A stretch of 62,384 bases of DNA, the filler included, from Choristocarpus tenellus KU-1152 (taxonomy: Eukaryota > Protista > Phaeophyceae), in the NCBI GenBank assembly GCA_964200185.2. It is 11 parts of 11 records of this genome, joined end to end, with 100 filler letters (N's around TTAATTAATTAA, not from the genome) between each part and the next. Parts side by side here need not be neighbours in the genome. Positions count along the whole stretch, not along the records: positions 44,136 to 52,363 come from CAXNAD020004971.1; positions 52,464 to 58,436 come from CAXNAD020009278.1; positions 58,537 to 62,384 come from CAXNAD020017588.1; 8 more parts are not named here. One strand, given 5' to 3'. A model generated the notes under the pieces. The model was not told where the DNA came from, ran no database searches, and was given only the letters and a program-made list of their open reading frames with translations. Below are positions 50,801 to 62,384 of this stretch, piece by piece. The translations under genes and the position numbers were made by a program. Position 1 is the stretch's first letter. Every line of letters starts with the position of its first letter.

Positions 50801-51924
50801 CATACCGTGTATCAGGAATAAAACATGCAACAGTGAGCAAGGTGATGTAGTCATTTGCTGTCATGAACATGCACTTGTGGATTATCCATCAATGAATGGT
50901 GTACTTATCCCTCTTCCCTTCCTATCCCTTTTTTCTTGACTTGATTATAGATAAAGGTGTGTATGGGGTTCTGCACACAGCATTCCTAGTCATTGTACCA
51001 CTCTACACCTCAACTGTCCTGACGTAGAGTTTACTCTGAGTAAATGGCAGCAGGTACAAGATAACTGTAAGTAACCTGTGCAAACTTTGAGAAACACCTG
51101 CAAGTTGAATTGTTCAACACAATCACCACAAAAGAGGTCCTCTTCTTCCCTCTTGGTATTGTTGAAACTTTGAACATTACAAAGCTACTAGAGTAGTTTT
51201 ATTTACAATTCTCGATTTCCTCTGAACATTGACCCAATCCCAAACTGTGATATCCACCCACCTCACAACGTACTCCTCCCTTCTCTTTGCATGCCGTTTG
51301 TCCCCCTGCCCTTAAAACCCTTGATTATCTGCCATAATCCTTTCATACCTTGTCAACTTTTGTTCTCCTGCCCTCACCTCTGATGCTGTTACCTTGTGAT
51401 CCTCAGGCGGCAATTGAGATAGGAAAGCGCCCGGAAATGGCAGGCAAGACCATCTGTGTTATCATCCCATCCTTCGGCGAGAGGTGTGTTAAGCCCACAA
51501 TGTTTCGACCCCTTGTGGTAAAAGAATGAGATAGACTTCCCCTGACCTGATGTCTTCATGTTGTTGCTGATTTGGCTCTGATGGTGCAGTGTTGCTCTTT
51601 ATGTTGATTGTGGACTGTTGTTGCTCGTCTCTTCACACCATCTAGTTGACTACTTTGTACTGCAGTATATTCTTAATTCACAGGTTGAACTCCTGCTTGT
51701 CTTTGAAGACAGGCAATATTGTGGTAGTGGAGGTAGAAAAACATCAAATGGTTTTGGATTGGCTTTTCAATTGCGGCGATTTCTAAGATACGCAACATTA
51801 GCTTGAATGTCTTGCAGGGAATATTCTTCATACTCTACCCATCTTCTCTTCCTGCAGGTATCTCAGCACTCTCCTCTTCCAGAACATTTTGGAAGAGGCC
51901 AAGACCCAGGCATCAGAGGAATAA
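44857..51924 (+). CDS. cysK: Cysteine synthase A (O-acetylserine thiol-lyase), probably plastid-targeted; signal-peptide exon unresolved
   Basis: Exons 44857-45008, 45212-45321, 46036-46210, 46831-46968, 49245-49382, 49813-49935, 50296-50394, 51407-51483, 51858-51924 (TAA). Motifs: IGNTPLV, SVKDRI (PLP Lys), [49 protein letters not shown]. Leader ATAFVAP. Confidence 0.95.
47840..48640 (-). mobile_element. Possible highly decayed Gypsy pol/integrase relic in a cysK intron
   Basis: Weak fragments only: [23 protein letters not shown]...[11 protein letters not shown]. Confidence 0.3.
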
Positions 51925-52689
51925 ATCAGCATGCATTTCTCCCAAGTACACACATTTGTGTGTGTGAGTGGTACAGATGGAGGTGGCAGTGTTACTGTTG
52001 TGTTACATATCTCTTTGGCCTTGCTTTATGGATATACTTGAAAATTTTTGTGATGCACAAGGTTAATGGAGGGAGAATGTAAGGAGGCTTTCTTGTTTTT
52101 GTGTTGTATTGGTGTGGTGAGGGATTATTAATTGCTCCTACACACAATATTTTTGTTGTTGGAAACAAGAGTGTAATAATGTATTCATGAGAGAATGCCA
52201 TCTAATTCTGACCAATACAATGCACAATATAGCTTGGAAACCCATGTAGATCTTTGTACTTTGGGGACCATTTTGGTCACATTTGGAGTAGTTTTGTGGT
52301 GACAGAGCAAAGGTTATCGTAGGGAGGGGGGGGGGCGGACAATGGATAGTAGCAGAGATGTGTNNNNNNNNNNNNNNNNNNNNNNNNNNNNNNNNNNNNN
52401 NNNNNNNTTAATTAATTAANNNNNNNNNNNNNNNNNNNNNNNNNNNNNNNNNNNNNNNNNNNNCAAAAATCGCGACATGAAAAAATTGACCCCAAATGGA
52501 CAGCCGTCACCCCCTCCCAGATACTTTGAGCCAATATTTGCTGCCCTTCTTTCTGTATCTATGCTCTTCGGTCACTTTTAACCATTTTTTTACCCTCTTT
52601 TTTTTAACCTTTCTGTTCACAGATTTGAGGACATTGTTGCTTTTTTCTCTACATTTACCACGTGTTCAAAGATCATTTTGGACCATGCA

Positions 52690-52820
52690 TTTGTCCAACC
52701 TTTACCTCGTACCCTCGGTTACGGTTTTCCTTTGTTCGTATGGTCCGTCTTGCCCAGTGATTCTCTTCGCCACCCTTGCCTGAGTGAACCACGCCACCAC
52801 AGAATCACACGAATCACATT
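52690..52820 (-). repeat. ~130-bp repeat, inverted homolog of 43735-43865
   Basis: Direct sequence similarity with one indel. Confidence 0.75.
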
Positions 52821-54912
52821 GGCGACATCGGTGACCTCAGAAATAGGGTGACGGGGAATTTTTGTTTGACAACGGATGAAACATACTGAATTCAAGACCG
52901 AGGTGAAAAAGTCGTTACAGGTATCACTCATTGGCGACCGTATCTTTGGGGTAGACACTTTACCTGCATCATAGATCATGCCACATTGTGTTACTTGCAT
53001 AGAATGCAGGATACAGTTACATGCTTAGTCGTTGGACCATTGCTATTCAAGCTTATGATTTCACTGTCAAACACAAGCCCGGTCACTAATGTGTGTTGAT
53101 CAATAATTTAATCAATAAAATATTCGTAACAACGTACGAATTTATAGCAGGTAAGGTCGTATGCCACAATTCATGTCTATACGTATACATTGGATTACTG
53201 TCCTGCTATTACAAGAAAATATTTCATACACAGCACGACCCTTATATATTTATACTTGATAATGTTGTTGTCCATGACCAATAGATAAACCTAGTGGTTC
53301 TCAATATTGATGCCTTCGCTGAATACTCCCAACAAAAACGACTCTGACAGGAGTCACCGGCTATGTCACTACTATCACCATCCTTTCATGAACAAAATTA
53401 ATTGTTTTGAAATAATATCTATTGAGGTACATTGTTCGGACGCCAGCTGTCTCTCACTAAGCTTGAGCATTTGAGATTGCTGATTACCAACACAAGTTTG
53501 GCAAGTGTACAGCTGGAAACTATGACAGAAGGAAGAAAAATAGATAATAGGTAGAAGGAGAGGCTGTGGTAACTGTGAAAGTGTGAACCTCACAAGCACC
53601 ATAAACGGTACTACAAAGTACTTCGGAAAAGTATAATATATTTTTACATTGCTGTGCTAAGGAAGGATTTTCGTGCAAAGACACGAATGTAGTACTGCCT
53701 CTCTTGCTCCATTTAGCAAGCTCAATGTTCTAGGAGGGCCAGCTCAGTACCTACAGCCTCTTCTATTCCTTCACATCAATTTTTTATCCCCAAGAGTCAT
53801 TTCTACCAAGGAAGCATTGGTTGGAGTAGGTTTCATATTTTCTGCAGTGCAAATTGCCCTGAGCTTCTGAGGGACGGTTTGGGAATCAGATATCACCGAT
53901 TTGGCCTCCTCATCTTGATAATCACTGGTATCCATCTCTAGGGATACTACTCAAGATCATACCTTCTCGCGAGAACAGCATCATCTCATGTTTGCCATTT
54001 CATTCGATGCCCTATTGCAAGAGAAGACTCGTTGGGCCACAAAGAATCAAGGTCCTGAACAGCAGTTGCAGTTCAGGGTAGTCCAGCACACATACTACAC
54101 ACCAGGCGCAAGAAGGGCAAACTTCTTTAATCACTCCTTGCTGTTCAAAAGACCCAACATGAATCCTAGCAGATGAGGTGTATAGTAGGGTGTGAGATCA
54201 GCAGCTATCTGGAAGCCCCAAAAAACTAGGTTGTGCAATTTTCGCGAAGACTGTTACTACAGATATTTTAGTACTCATAAAACATTATCTGCTTTTTTGC
54301 AGATGTGTGTAAGATATTTTCTGAACTGTATCGGAAAATTTCCAAACAATACAGAAATAAACGCTCTCACATCAAACTTAGAACTTCATCCGTAGACAAT
54401 ATGAGTGAACTGCAAATAAAAACAAACCCAGAATGCAAAACGGTCAAAACCTGGGTACCTCTCGTTTCCTTTGACTCATAAATTGAACTGATGAGCTGGA
54501 TCAATTGAGGGGTAGGCAGCGTTGCATTATAAGGATCGCTAGAAAGGGTAAATCAATGCAATTTTGTACAATTTCAGAAAGAGCCTTTGCTGAATTGTGG
54601 TGTCACTATATATGTGGAAAGGGGGAATATCAATGTCACTTACGCTTTCGTGCATGGGGTTAGAAAGACGGCTTCATTTGAAAAAAAGTTCAAACCTGCC
54701 TACCTCTCACTTGGTTTGGATCTGATATATAGTACAATTCTCACTTAGGTTTATGTGACAATGCTGTAGCTTAGCACCGCAGGACAGCAGCTATCGATAA
54801 CAACAATGAATACTGTTGGTCAATGTATATATATGATAAATTAAAAGTGTGTACACCACATATTATGCTAGAACGTTGCACACATGACTATATAGAGTTC
54901 TGGTGAACTCAC

Positions 54913-56558
54913 CTTGTACTCCTCCGCTCTATGATGTTATCTCTTGTTCACAGTGCAGGAGATGATGGCTGTGGGAATATCGAGGACTACGCAAGCACAT
55001 TTCTTCGATGCCTTACAAAGATGAAGTGGAGCATGATAATCAACACCGGATCATCCCTCAATCAGGGCGACCAAGTGAAATTTCATTCTTGTGGGCGGCA
55101 TAAAGAGTTTCGGTGTATTGAGTATCCAAAGATGCAGCTTTTTCGTACATGGAACATCCAAAGATACGCCACAAACACATAGCACTACTGTAGAAAAAAA
55201 CACTTACATTAGTTGTAGCAAAGAGATAGGGCATATGTCACAATATGGGTACGTCTACTTTTTCACCTGGTCTAGACATTGATTGTGGGCCTTAAAAAAA
55301 TTTCCTGATATCTTGGGCCAAAGCCATGTCAATATATGTAATATGTGTTACAAAGTATCCACACACACACACAAACAGTACGCTTTCACAACTCAATACC
55401 TTTGGGATTTGAATAGTTTGCACTTTGCTCACCCAGTCAAATTAGGCATACCAGGAGGAAGTTATACTGTGAGTTGTCGTGAGCCATTTGCAATTCACTG
55501 CTGCTGCCTAGATATGAACATACAGTACACCATACATTTTTTTTCCTTCCTCCTCAATGATCCTTCGCCCACTCCTCAAACTTGTGGACAGGTCTATGCC
55601 CTGCCTGTCAGCAAGAGCTGCGCACAACACCACCTTCACATTGGCCACAATACACAACACAGTACGAATGCATAATCTAACTAATCACTAAACTCAATCT
55701 AGTAAGCTGATGGAACTATGCTCCCTTCCAATACCTAATCAACCTCAGGATATCCCCTTGCGTCTTTCTCTTCTCTTCCCTCTCCAAATTTCCTCTGAGG
55801 TCCCCCTTAAGCTGATTCCAACTGCCATGCACACCGACACCCTGTAAACGTTCAGACATTTTTCTCTCCGACCTATCCACCGTGCAATTAGCCCCCATTG
55901 AAAGCTGCGCGGGGACTTGATCCCAAGATTTGGCTCTTCTTTTCGCTGGAGCAAGAGATAATACTGACCTCTCGGTCACCAATCCTCCTTGTTCTGGGTA
56001 AGGTGCACACCCAAACTCCCGCGCCTCCTTTCCTTGCTTACGGGTGTGCTCATTTCCTCCTCTTCCCTCTCTAAATGCACCCACCCGTGATGTCTGTAAT
56101 CCTTCACTACCTCGACGTCTTGCACATTGAACAGTCATGTTCTTGTTACCATAGTTGTTACTACTGCCTAAGCCTTGCTTACCGAGCCCCCATGAGTTTT
56201 GGTCCTTTGCAGTTGATACTGCACCACCTGAAGATTGCGGTGCTAACAGGAAAGAATAATCCCGAACACCTGCCCCAATACCCTTTCCAGATGGGGCAAA
56301 ACCGGTGGAAGCAGAGGGAAGAGAGGTAATACGTGATGCCATGGTAGCAGGGCCATTGTAGCTTCCCTTTGCTTCATTGGAGTAATTCGTCCCACTCTTT
56401 TCCCTTGATGAAAAAAATGAGGTCGATGGTTTTTCCTGTGCATTGGAGAAGCCAATGTATCTACTGGAGCTGGTGAGGTTGGGTTGCATATTTGTCTTGT
56501 GTGCCCTGACACAAGAATCACTGTTCCTGTTGGCTGTGTTGCTGCACTTCTTCTCGTC
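54913..56558 (-). CDS. Hypothetical low-complexity (Ser/Gly/Arg-rich) protein, partial
   Basis: Longest ORF in the window (55716-56489). Candidate exon 56558-55744 (cag|...|gt, ends phase 2) and a phase-compatible 16-nt exon 54928-54913. No recognisable domain. Confidence 0.5.
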
Positions 56559-57528
56559 CTGAGGTCGAAATTGCGAAAATGGAGGGGGGAGGGTTACGAC
56601 ATTTGGGATTTTCCGTAGGATTTCGAGGCGATTTGAATGGATATCATCAACAGAAAACTCGACTGCCTTTTGAAACGACTTTGAACTGAGTCAATGTAAA
56701 CGAGAGGTAGCTACAGTGGCATTTTATGGATGCCAGCAAATATGTGAAAAAACGAAGTTTTTTTTTACAAGAGCTGATCTACTTTTTTCCAAATTGTGTT
56801 GAAAACTTACAAGGAATTGAGAAAACAACCCTCTCAAGTCAAACTTAGCCATTCATCCATAAATGGATGGGTGAAGTGCAACAGATAAATTAAAAACTGG
56901 CTTATAAAACGGTCAAAAACTGAGCACCTCCCGTTTACCGTGGCTCACTTATAGCCTTTGGGATGTTGAAAAGAAGTCACATACCCATAACAGCATGATT
57001 TGAACTACTTGGTTGTGGATGCATTTTGGCAGGATACGCACAAGAGCTCTAGCTCAAGAGATACCGGGTTTCTTTCAGATAAAATATGTGAGTTCAGTAG
57101 GATGAGATATATCCACATGAAGTTGATCGCTGGAAGTGTTACTTGTTCCCGTAACGCTATCACTAGTTTCTTCGCAATAGTAATACCAACACACCGACCC
57201 TAATATATTCTGCTGCTTCATGACATTTAATGTACAGCACTACAAATTTGTATATTTTTTGTGAGCTATTCCTGGTTTTGTCACTAGACATTACAAGCAG
57301 CGAATTTTAGGTCTCGATAGGAGATCAATTCACACTGAGTTGATTTCCTTTGAAAAAGAACTTTTGAGTAAGCATTATGGCAAAAGATCTTCAGTGAACA
57401 TTCCATACACCTTCCCAGCACATCTCAATTGTTTTGCAGCATCTCTCCCTGTCTTGCTTTCTTTCTCTATATGTTTTGCCAATGTTCGCACAGACCATTT
57501 TCTCATCTTGAATGTCAACATCAAGAGC

Positions 57529-57960
57529 CAAAGTATCTTATAGGGTCTCATCCATTTGGGGGCCAAAATCCAATGTAGCGATTTTGATGTAATTTTGGCT
57601 ATTGTGTTTGTTAGGAAGTATCAATATCCTTGTTCCGGACACACCTCTTTTCATGACATACACATTTTACCTACTCTGAAACATTTCGGAGTAGGAAAAT
57701 GTCAAAAATACGCCATGGGAAGTCAAGCCCCAAATGGATAAACAGGGCAAAACTCGTACCCTCTATGATGCTTTCACTCTCAATCCAATGCCTAATGGCA
57801 GGGACTCACGTCATCAAGTATTGCATCAATTTTGTCCATGCAAGTGCGCGTGCGCGATTATTGAAAGCGGTTTGACCTTAGACCGATCTTGCATTGTAGA
57901 GAAAGGTACTCTGGTTCGAAACAGAACTACTAGTATATTGAGAATTCGGTGGTGGCCTTA
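57529..57960 (+). mobile_element. CAAAG-family DNA transposon fragment (long subfamily)
   Basis: caaagtatctta...ccaaaatccaatgt... matches 7485 onward. Confidence 0.7.
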
Positions 57961-59827
57961 CTACCCAAAGCTTGGTAAATCAACAGCTGGGGGGGGCTCC
58001 GGATTCCTTACAAACTTTGATGGCATTGTATAATGGCTCAACCATTGATATTACACCATTCATAGTTTGTCCATAGATGAAACTCCAAGGTTGGCCCTGT
58101 GTTCATGGTTTAACCTTGCCCCTCTCCCAACCCCATACTGCACCAAAAACATGAAGTACGGATCACAACCTCCACCAAAATTTGTAGTAGTCTCTCTCCT
58201 CCTCTCTCCATAGGAATGGTAGTGGCCCTTGTTCATGGCTTTGTCCATCTGAAGATTCGCCCAGTCATCGGTAGCCCTTGAAATAACAAGAAATATTTCT
58301 GTCATTACGAAGCACAACTCTGTGTTCGTGCTCGTACCTTCCCAGGATAGAGGATTGATTTTTGGTCTTGTAATCACTGGTAAGCTTATATAGCCCTTGT
58401 TTCCCTAATGCAAAGAGAGTGTGTGTGTGGGGGGGGNNNNNNNNNNNNNNNNNNNNNNNNNNNNNNNNNNNNNNNNNNNNTTAATTAATTAANNNNNNNN
58501 NNNNNNNNNNNNNNNNNNNNNNNNNNNNNNNNNNNNCATACATATTTTACCGTAACTGTCCGATAGAGTTGGAAGAGTCTAATCGAACAGTTGACAGCCC
58601 TGATGAGTTGCCATCAGAGTCCGCAGATAGAGAAGATATTTATGTTTCGATTCGAAGACGGTGGGAGGAGAACCAATAACCAATGAAGACCACACCATGA
58701 CTTCGTTCCTGGTGGTATTTTCAGAGTTATCTGTCAGACCACTCAGACTAGTGGGGTAGAAAAGTCGCTCTACTCTGGACAACTTTATACAGATAGGTCC
58801 TACTTATAGAAAAGAATGGGTAACATTCAATAATCTCACATCTTCCAAATATTTGCAAACGTTCGTACAAACAATATATGATATATAGTTATGAGTCTAA
58901 AGTTTTTCTCTCTGGTTTCCAAGCACCTTGGTTGGCAATATCTTGAACCAGGTGACAATTGGAGATGATGAGCCTTTCAGTCACTCTTGTCACTGTCCCT
59001 ACAACAATGCCAATGGATGACTTGAAGCTACCGGAGTGTGGTGATACTGAGGTTCATCCGCTCAAATCTCCAGGGGCACATAGGAGACAGACGTGTCCAC
59101 ACCATATTTCTCAGTACACGTTCCACCAATTGAAACAGTTACCCACTCATTGGAATAGGTGTGACCACTACAGCTGACCAGCGCTAGTGCTCCACCTGTT
59201 TCCCTCATTTGTTTCAACAATAGCTTTTTCCTCCTAAGGACCTGTCTCCAGCCACTTTTGTGTTCGTCCAACAGAATCCACATTGGAAGGGGGGGGGTAA
59301 AGTCGTGGACAAGTTCCATTTGGAATCTATGATATATTGATATGAGACATTCAGTATGTGTACCACCTTTTGCCGTCGAGACCAGTCAAGGTTGTGTGGT
59401 GTGGGTCAAACACACAACCGGCTCTTGGTGACCCTCATATGGACAGTGTATTCAAACCAAGCAAATCTAGGGATAATGTTTTCTGTTCAGAGTGGTCACA
59501 GCTAATAACTATGGGGATTGGAAAACATGCTACTATGAGACTCTCAACCTTTGCCCAACGTGCCTCAGTCCCATCCCTCGCTTCCTTCCTGAACCTCACT
59601 TCTGGTCGTTCTCATCACCCTCCATCAGAAAGAACTTGGCCACACGACAATACATCTAGTAGTAGTAGAAATATATTCAGGGAAGCAGGTATTGATTTTA
59701 TAGAGTTAGCAGAACGATGTGACTACGATTGAAACCAATAACGGTATGCGGTTTTGCATATATACCGCAAGCAGTATATGATATGTAAGTGTTTCTATGC
59801 CTTCTGACAAATCGCAGACGTGTTAGG

Positions 59828-59986
59828 CCGGGGGGGAGGGTTTACACGAATGTGTCCATTTGGGCCATGACCAGCAAAAGTGCACTTACATTATCAATCC
59901 GACGTATCCAAACAAATCACCCAAAAATTGGGACATGGAAAAATGGGCCTCAAATGGACAGCCGCCGCCCCCCCCCAGATACTTTG
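59828..59986. mobile_element. CAAAG-family MITE with a damaged left end
   Basis: Right end cccccagatactttg; left part matches 16265-16334. Confidence 0.7.
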
Positions 59987-60439
59987 AGGCAGACCAAAAC
60001 TGTATGACGAGGGCTACACTGTATATATATATATCGGTTGTCATCAATGCTAAGACACCTCCCTAGAATAAATACTATTGAAAACTATACAACAATACCT
60101 CCTTGGGGATTATTCTCTACTGAGTAACGCGTGCACTGATATGCTTCTGAACTAACCCTACAAAGGTGGGAGAGGAACTAGGGAAGCATCTCAAGAATAT
60201 GTCAGGCCCGTTCTCACTCACCTAATGTCCCTAGCTTAACGAAATGCATGACATGTCTCAAAATAGCATATATCGGAGGTATGCCTTACAAACGTCATAC
60301 CGATCTGCTGACACCCCCGTATATGCCTGGCAGGGATTATTGGTCAGGGTTGGATCGACTGAGCTGATACAATCACTCCTGTTAAAGCTCTGGAAGTTCA
60401 TACCTTTGCAGCCCATGAAGCCAAAATCACAAGGAAAAT

Positions 60440-61350
60440 TCATCATGAGGTCATATACGCCTCTAAGATAGGATTCCTACAGTCCCAGAGGAACAGGAGA
60501 GAGAAAGTTCCTCAATGGCTCTTGCCTGCTGCAGGGGCCAGTGTGGGCAAGGGGCTAGTACATGGAGCTGCACACAGCCCCTAGAGCTATTATGCTGGAT
60601 ATCTCTACATAATCCAGATTTCGTTGCCAGGAGGTCTTTAGGGGGGAAAGATTCCTTTTCTAACAGGTGTCCTGTGGCCAGGTGCAGGAGACAGCATGTG
60701 CAAATGAGACATGCCTGAACCCGGCTTAGAGCAGTAGAACAGGTTCGCCAACACAAACCAATGGTGAAACACTTATGGAAAATCTACAAGGGAACGAGCT
60801 TTCGTTGCACACTGGAGAAGGGCAGCCCTTTCATTGTGGACCAGAATTTTTTCATGAACGTCATGTTCCATTCTGGGACCTTGGTGGAGGCTGACTCAGC
60901 CCCCTATCGAGAAAAATAATATCTTCTTCTTGATGTTGCCTTTACAGATTCAAGGTAGACTTTCACCTGATCCTCATTCACCAACAATGGTGTTGTTGCT
61001 GCGGCAGCCGAACCACAAAAACGCATGCACTACAAGGGATCTCTTCATCCTTGAAGTCTTAGTCTCAACCCCTTCTTGGTGAAAGGTTTTGATCAACTTG
61101 ATATAGAAGCAGAGAGCTTCCTGAGTGAGTTGCACACGAGTGAGGTAGGGGGGAGACGGTCTAGGGAATACACTCGGAAAGGAGCTGTCAAGATTCGTTT
61201 AAGACCGTATCTATATTTGCACAGACACGCACCTCTTTCGAGGAGGGTAATGCGTTTTGAGTTGGAGACGCTGGGCAGGTGGGCATGAAGGGGCCTCACA
61301 GACTCTTGGAATTCCTCCCTCACTCGTTGCACACCTTCACAGGGCTAGCC
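60440..61350 (+). mobile_element. Older, diverged CRE-like RLE copy
   Basis: ALACCRGQCGQGASTW...RRSLG...NRCPVARC...HA...PMVKHL...GFDQL..EAESFLSEL...RKGAVKIRL...LSRRVMRFELE. Confidence 0.75.
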
Positions 61351-62384
61351 CGGAGGCATAGAAGTGCGAAAATTCGTCTATAGGGACCAATTTTCTAGGA
61401 ACATTGTTGTATATTTTATGATTGAAGACCCCACAAGGTTCACTTTGAGAACAGGTTCATGATATCTGTCATGCTGATGTATCAAGAACACTACGAAGTA
61501 TTATTTCCTTCGAAGTACTATTTACTGATTTCCTCCAAGTCAGGTGTGAAAATTTTGTGTGTTTTGAAAACTGGCATATGCTGTGCCGATTTCTCCAGGT
61601 ACACCATTAATCGGATAATAAGGTAGGTAAAGCAAAATTTTTGTTGGGTATTATCCTGCCTGTCCTACGTCACCATATTACAAAAAAAAGCCAGACTAAG
61701 GTCAAGATATGACAAGTTTTTAACCTTGACTATTCTCTTTGTCCGTATTATCGATATATCAAATATACATCGGAATATACTGTAACGCCGACACATGGTG
61801 GCATATATCATATACAGGGGTTTCCGCAGATTCTAGAAGGCGCTTGAAAAAGGTAAGTACCAAAAAAAACTCTGTCTACACAAATAAGCCAACCTTGTCT
61901 TCGACCACCAACTCAACACCTAACACCTGACATCGTTTGTTGTGGTGGATCCAGCATAAGATTTGACAGAGGACATGGAACGACGAACGGTGGAGTTCCT
62001 GAACCTAACATGCGAAAAGTAAGGCACAGATGGAGGCAGTTACAATGATCATAGTATTAGAACAGTTACATAATATAGTTAGTACGAGAAGTAGTGGGGT
62101 GTGTAGCGCTTCTGGTTATGTGTTGGGATAGTCCTTAGATTAGAGTGAAGATAATTACTTCACTTGGACATTGTATTCTGCTTATATAATATATGCTTCA
62201 TTACTTTTATTTCCTCTGATCGGTTACAGATACTATTTTGTAGATCAAGTGTATGTGTTACAGGCGAATAGCGTGAGCGTTTCTTCTTGTATTTCAACAA
62301 AGTTTGAGCATTTGTTACACACGAATAGCGCGAGCATTTTCTCCTCATGTGTTAGGAAATACGAACATTTGTACCAGACATATA

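Noticed and set aside
58560-59740. Coding-like stretch with several short ORFs
   Set aside because: No recognisable motif or consistent exon chain; probably a decayed repeat.

Overview
Eukaryotic, intron-rich, repeat-dense scaffold. It is built from about 11 contigs joined by artificial N...TTAATTAATTAA...N spacers. The organism is most likely a photosynthetic stramenopile (brown-alga-like), inferred from an ASAFAP-type plastid leader on cysteine synthase, long introns, TTAGGG-type repeats and the repeat families. Host genes were reconstructed exon by exon: a near-complete plastid-type cysteine synthase (9 exons, one GC-AG intron), a partial H+-pyrophosphatase (8 exons, minus strand), a partial APC6/CDC16 (4 exons), two exons of Trm8/METTL1, and one hypothetical gene. 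The rest is mostly decayed mobile DNA: Copia, a Gypsy chromovirus integrase, a plant-type mariner, an RTE LINE tail, MITEs, and many pieces of a CRE-like restriction-endonuclease (RLE) retrotransposon. No clear novel multi-gene system is evident. The most unusual signals are: (i) RT-less RLE retroelement copies sharing a 5' boundary, with a 3' stem-loop that also occurs as tiny insertions and sits tail-to-tail with a second repeat three times; (ii) an inverted pair of an unclassified repeat with an OTU-protease-like DGNC motif; (iii) a CAAAGTATCT(G)n-ended MITE family with a strong flanking consensus; (iv) a CpG pattern suggestive of germline methylation. All coordinates and counts were read by eye, and family assignments come from remembered motifs, not database searches.
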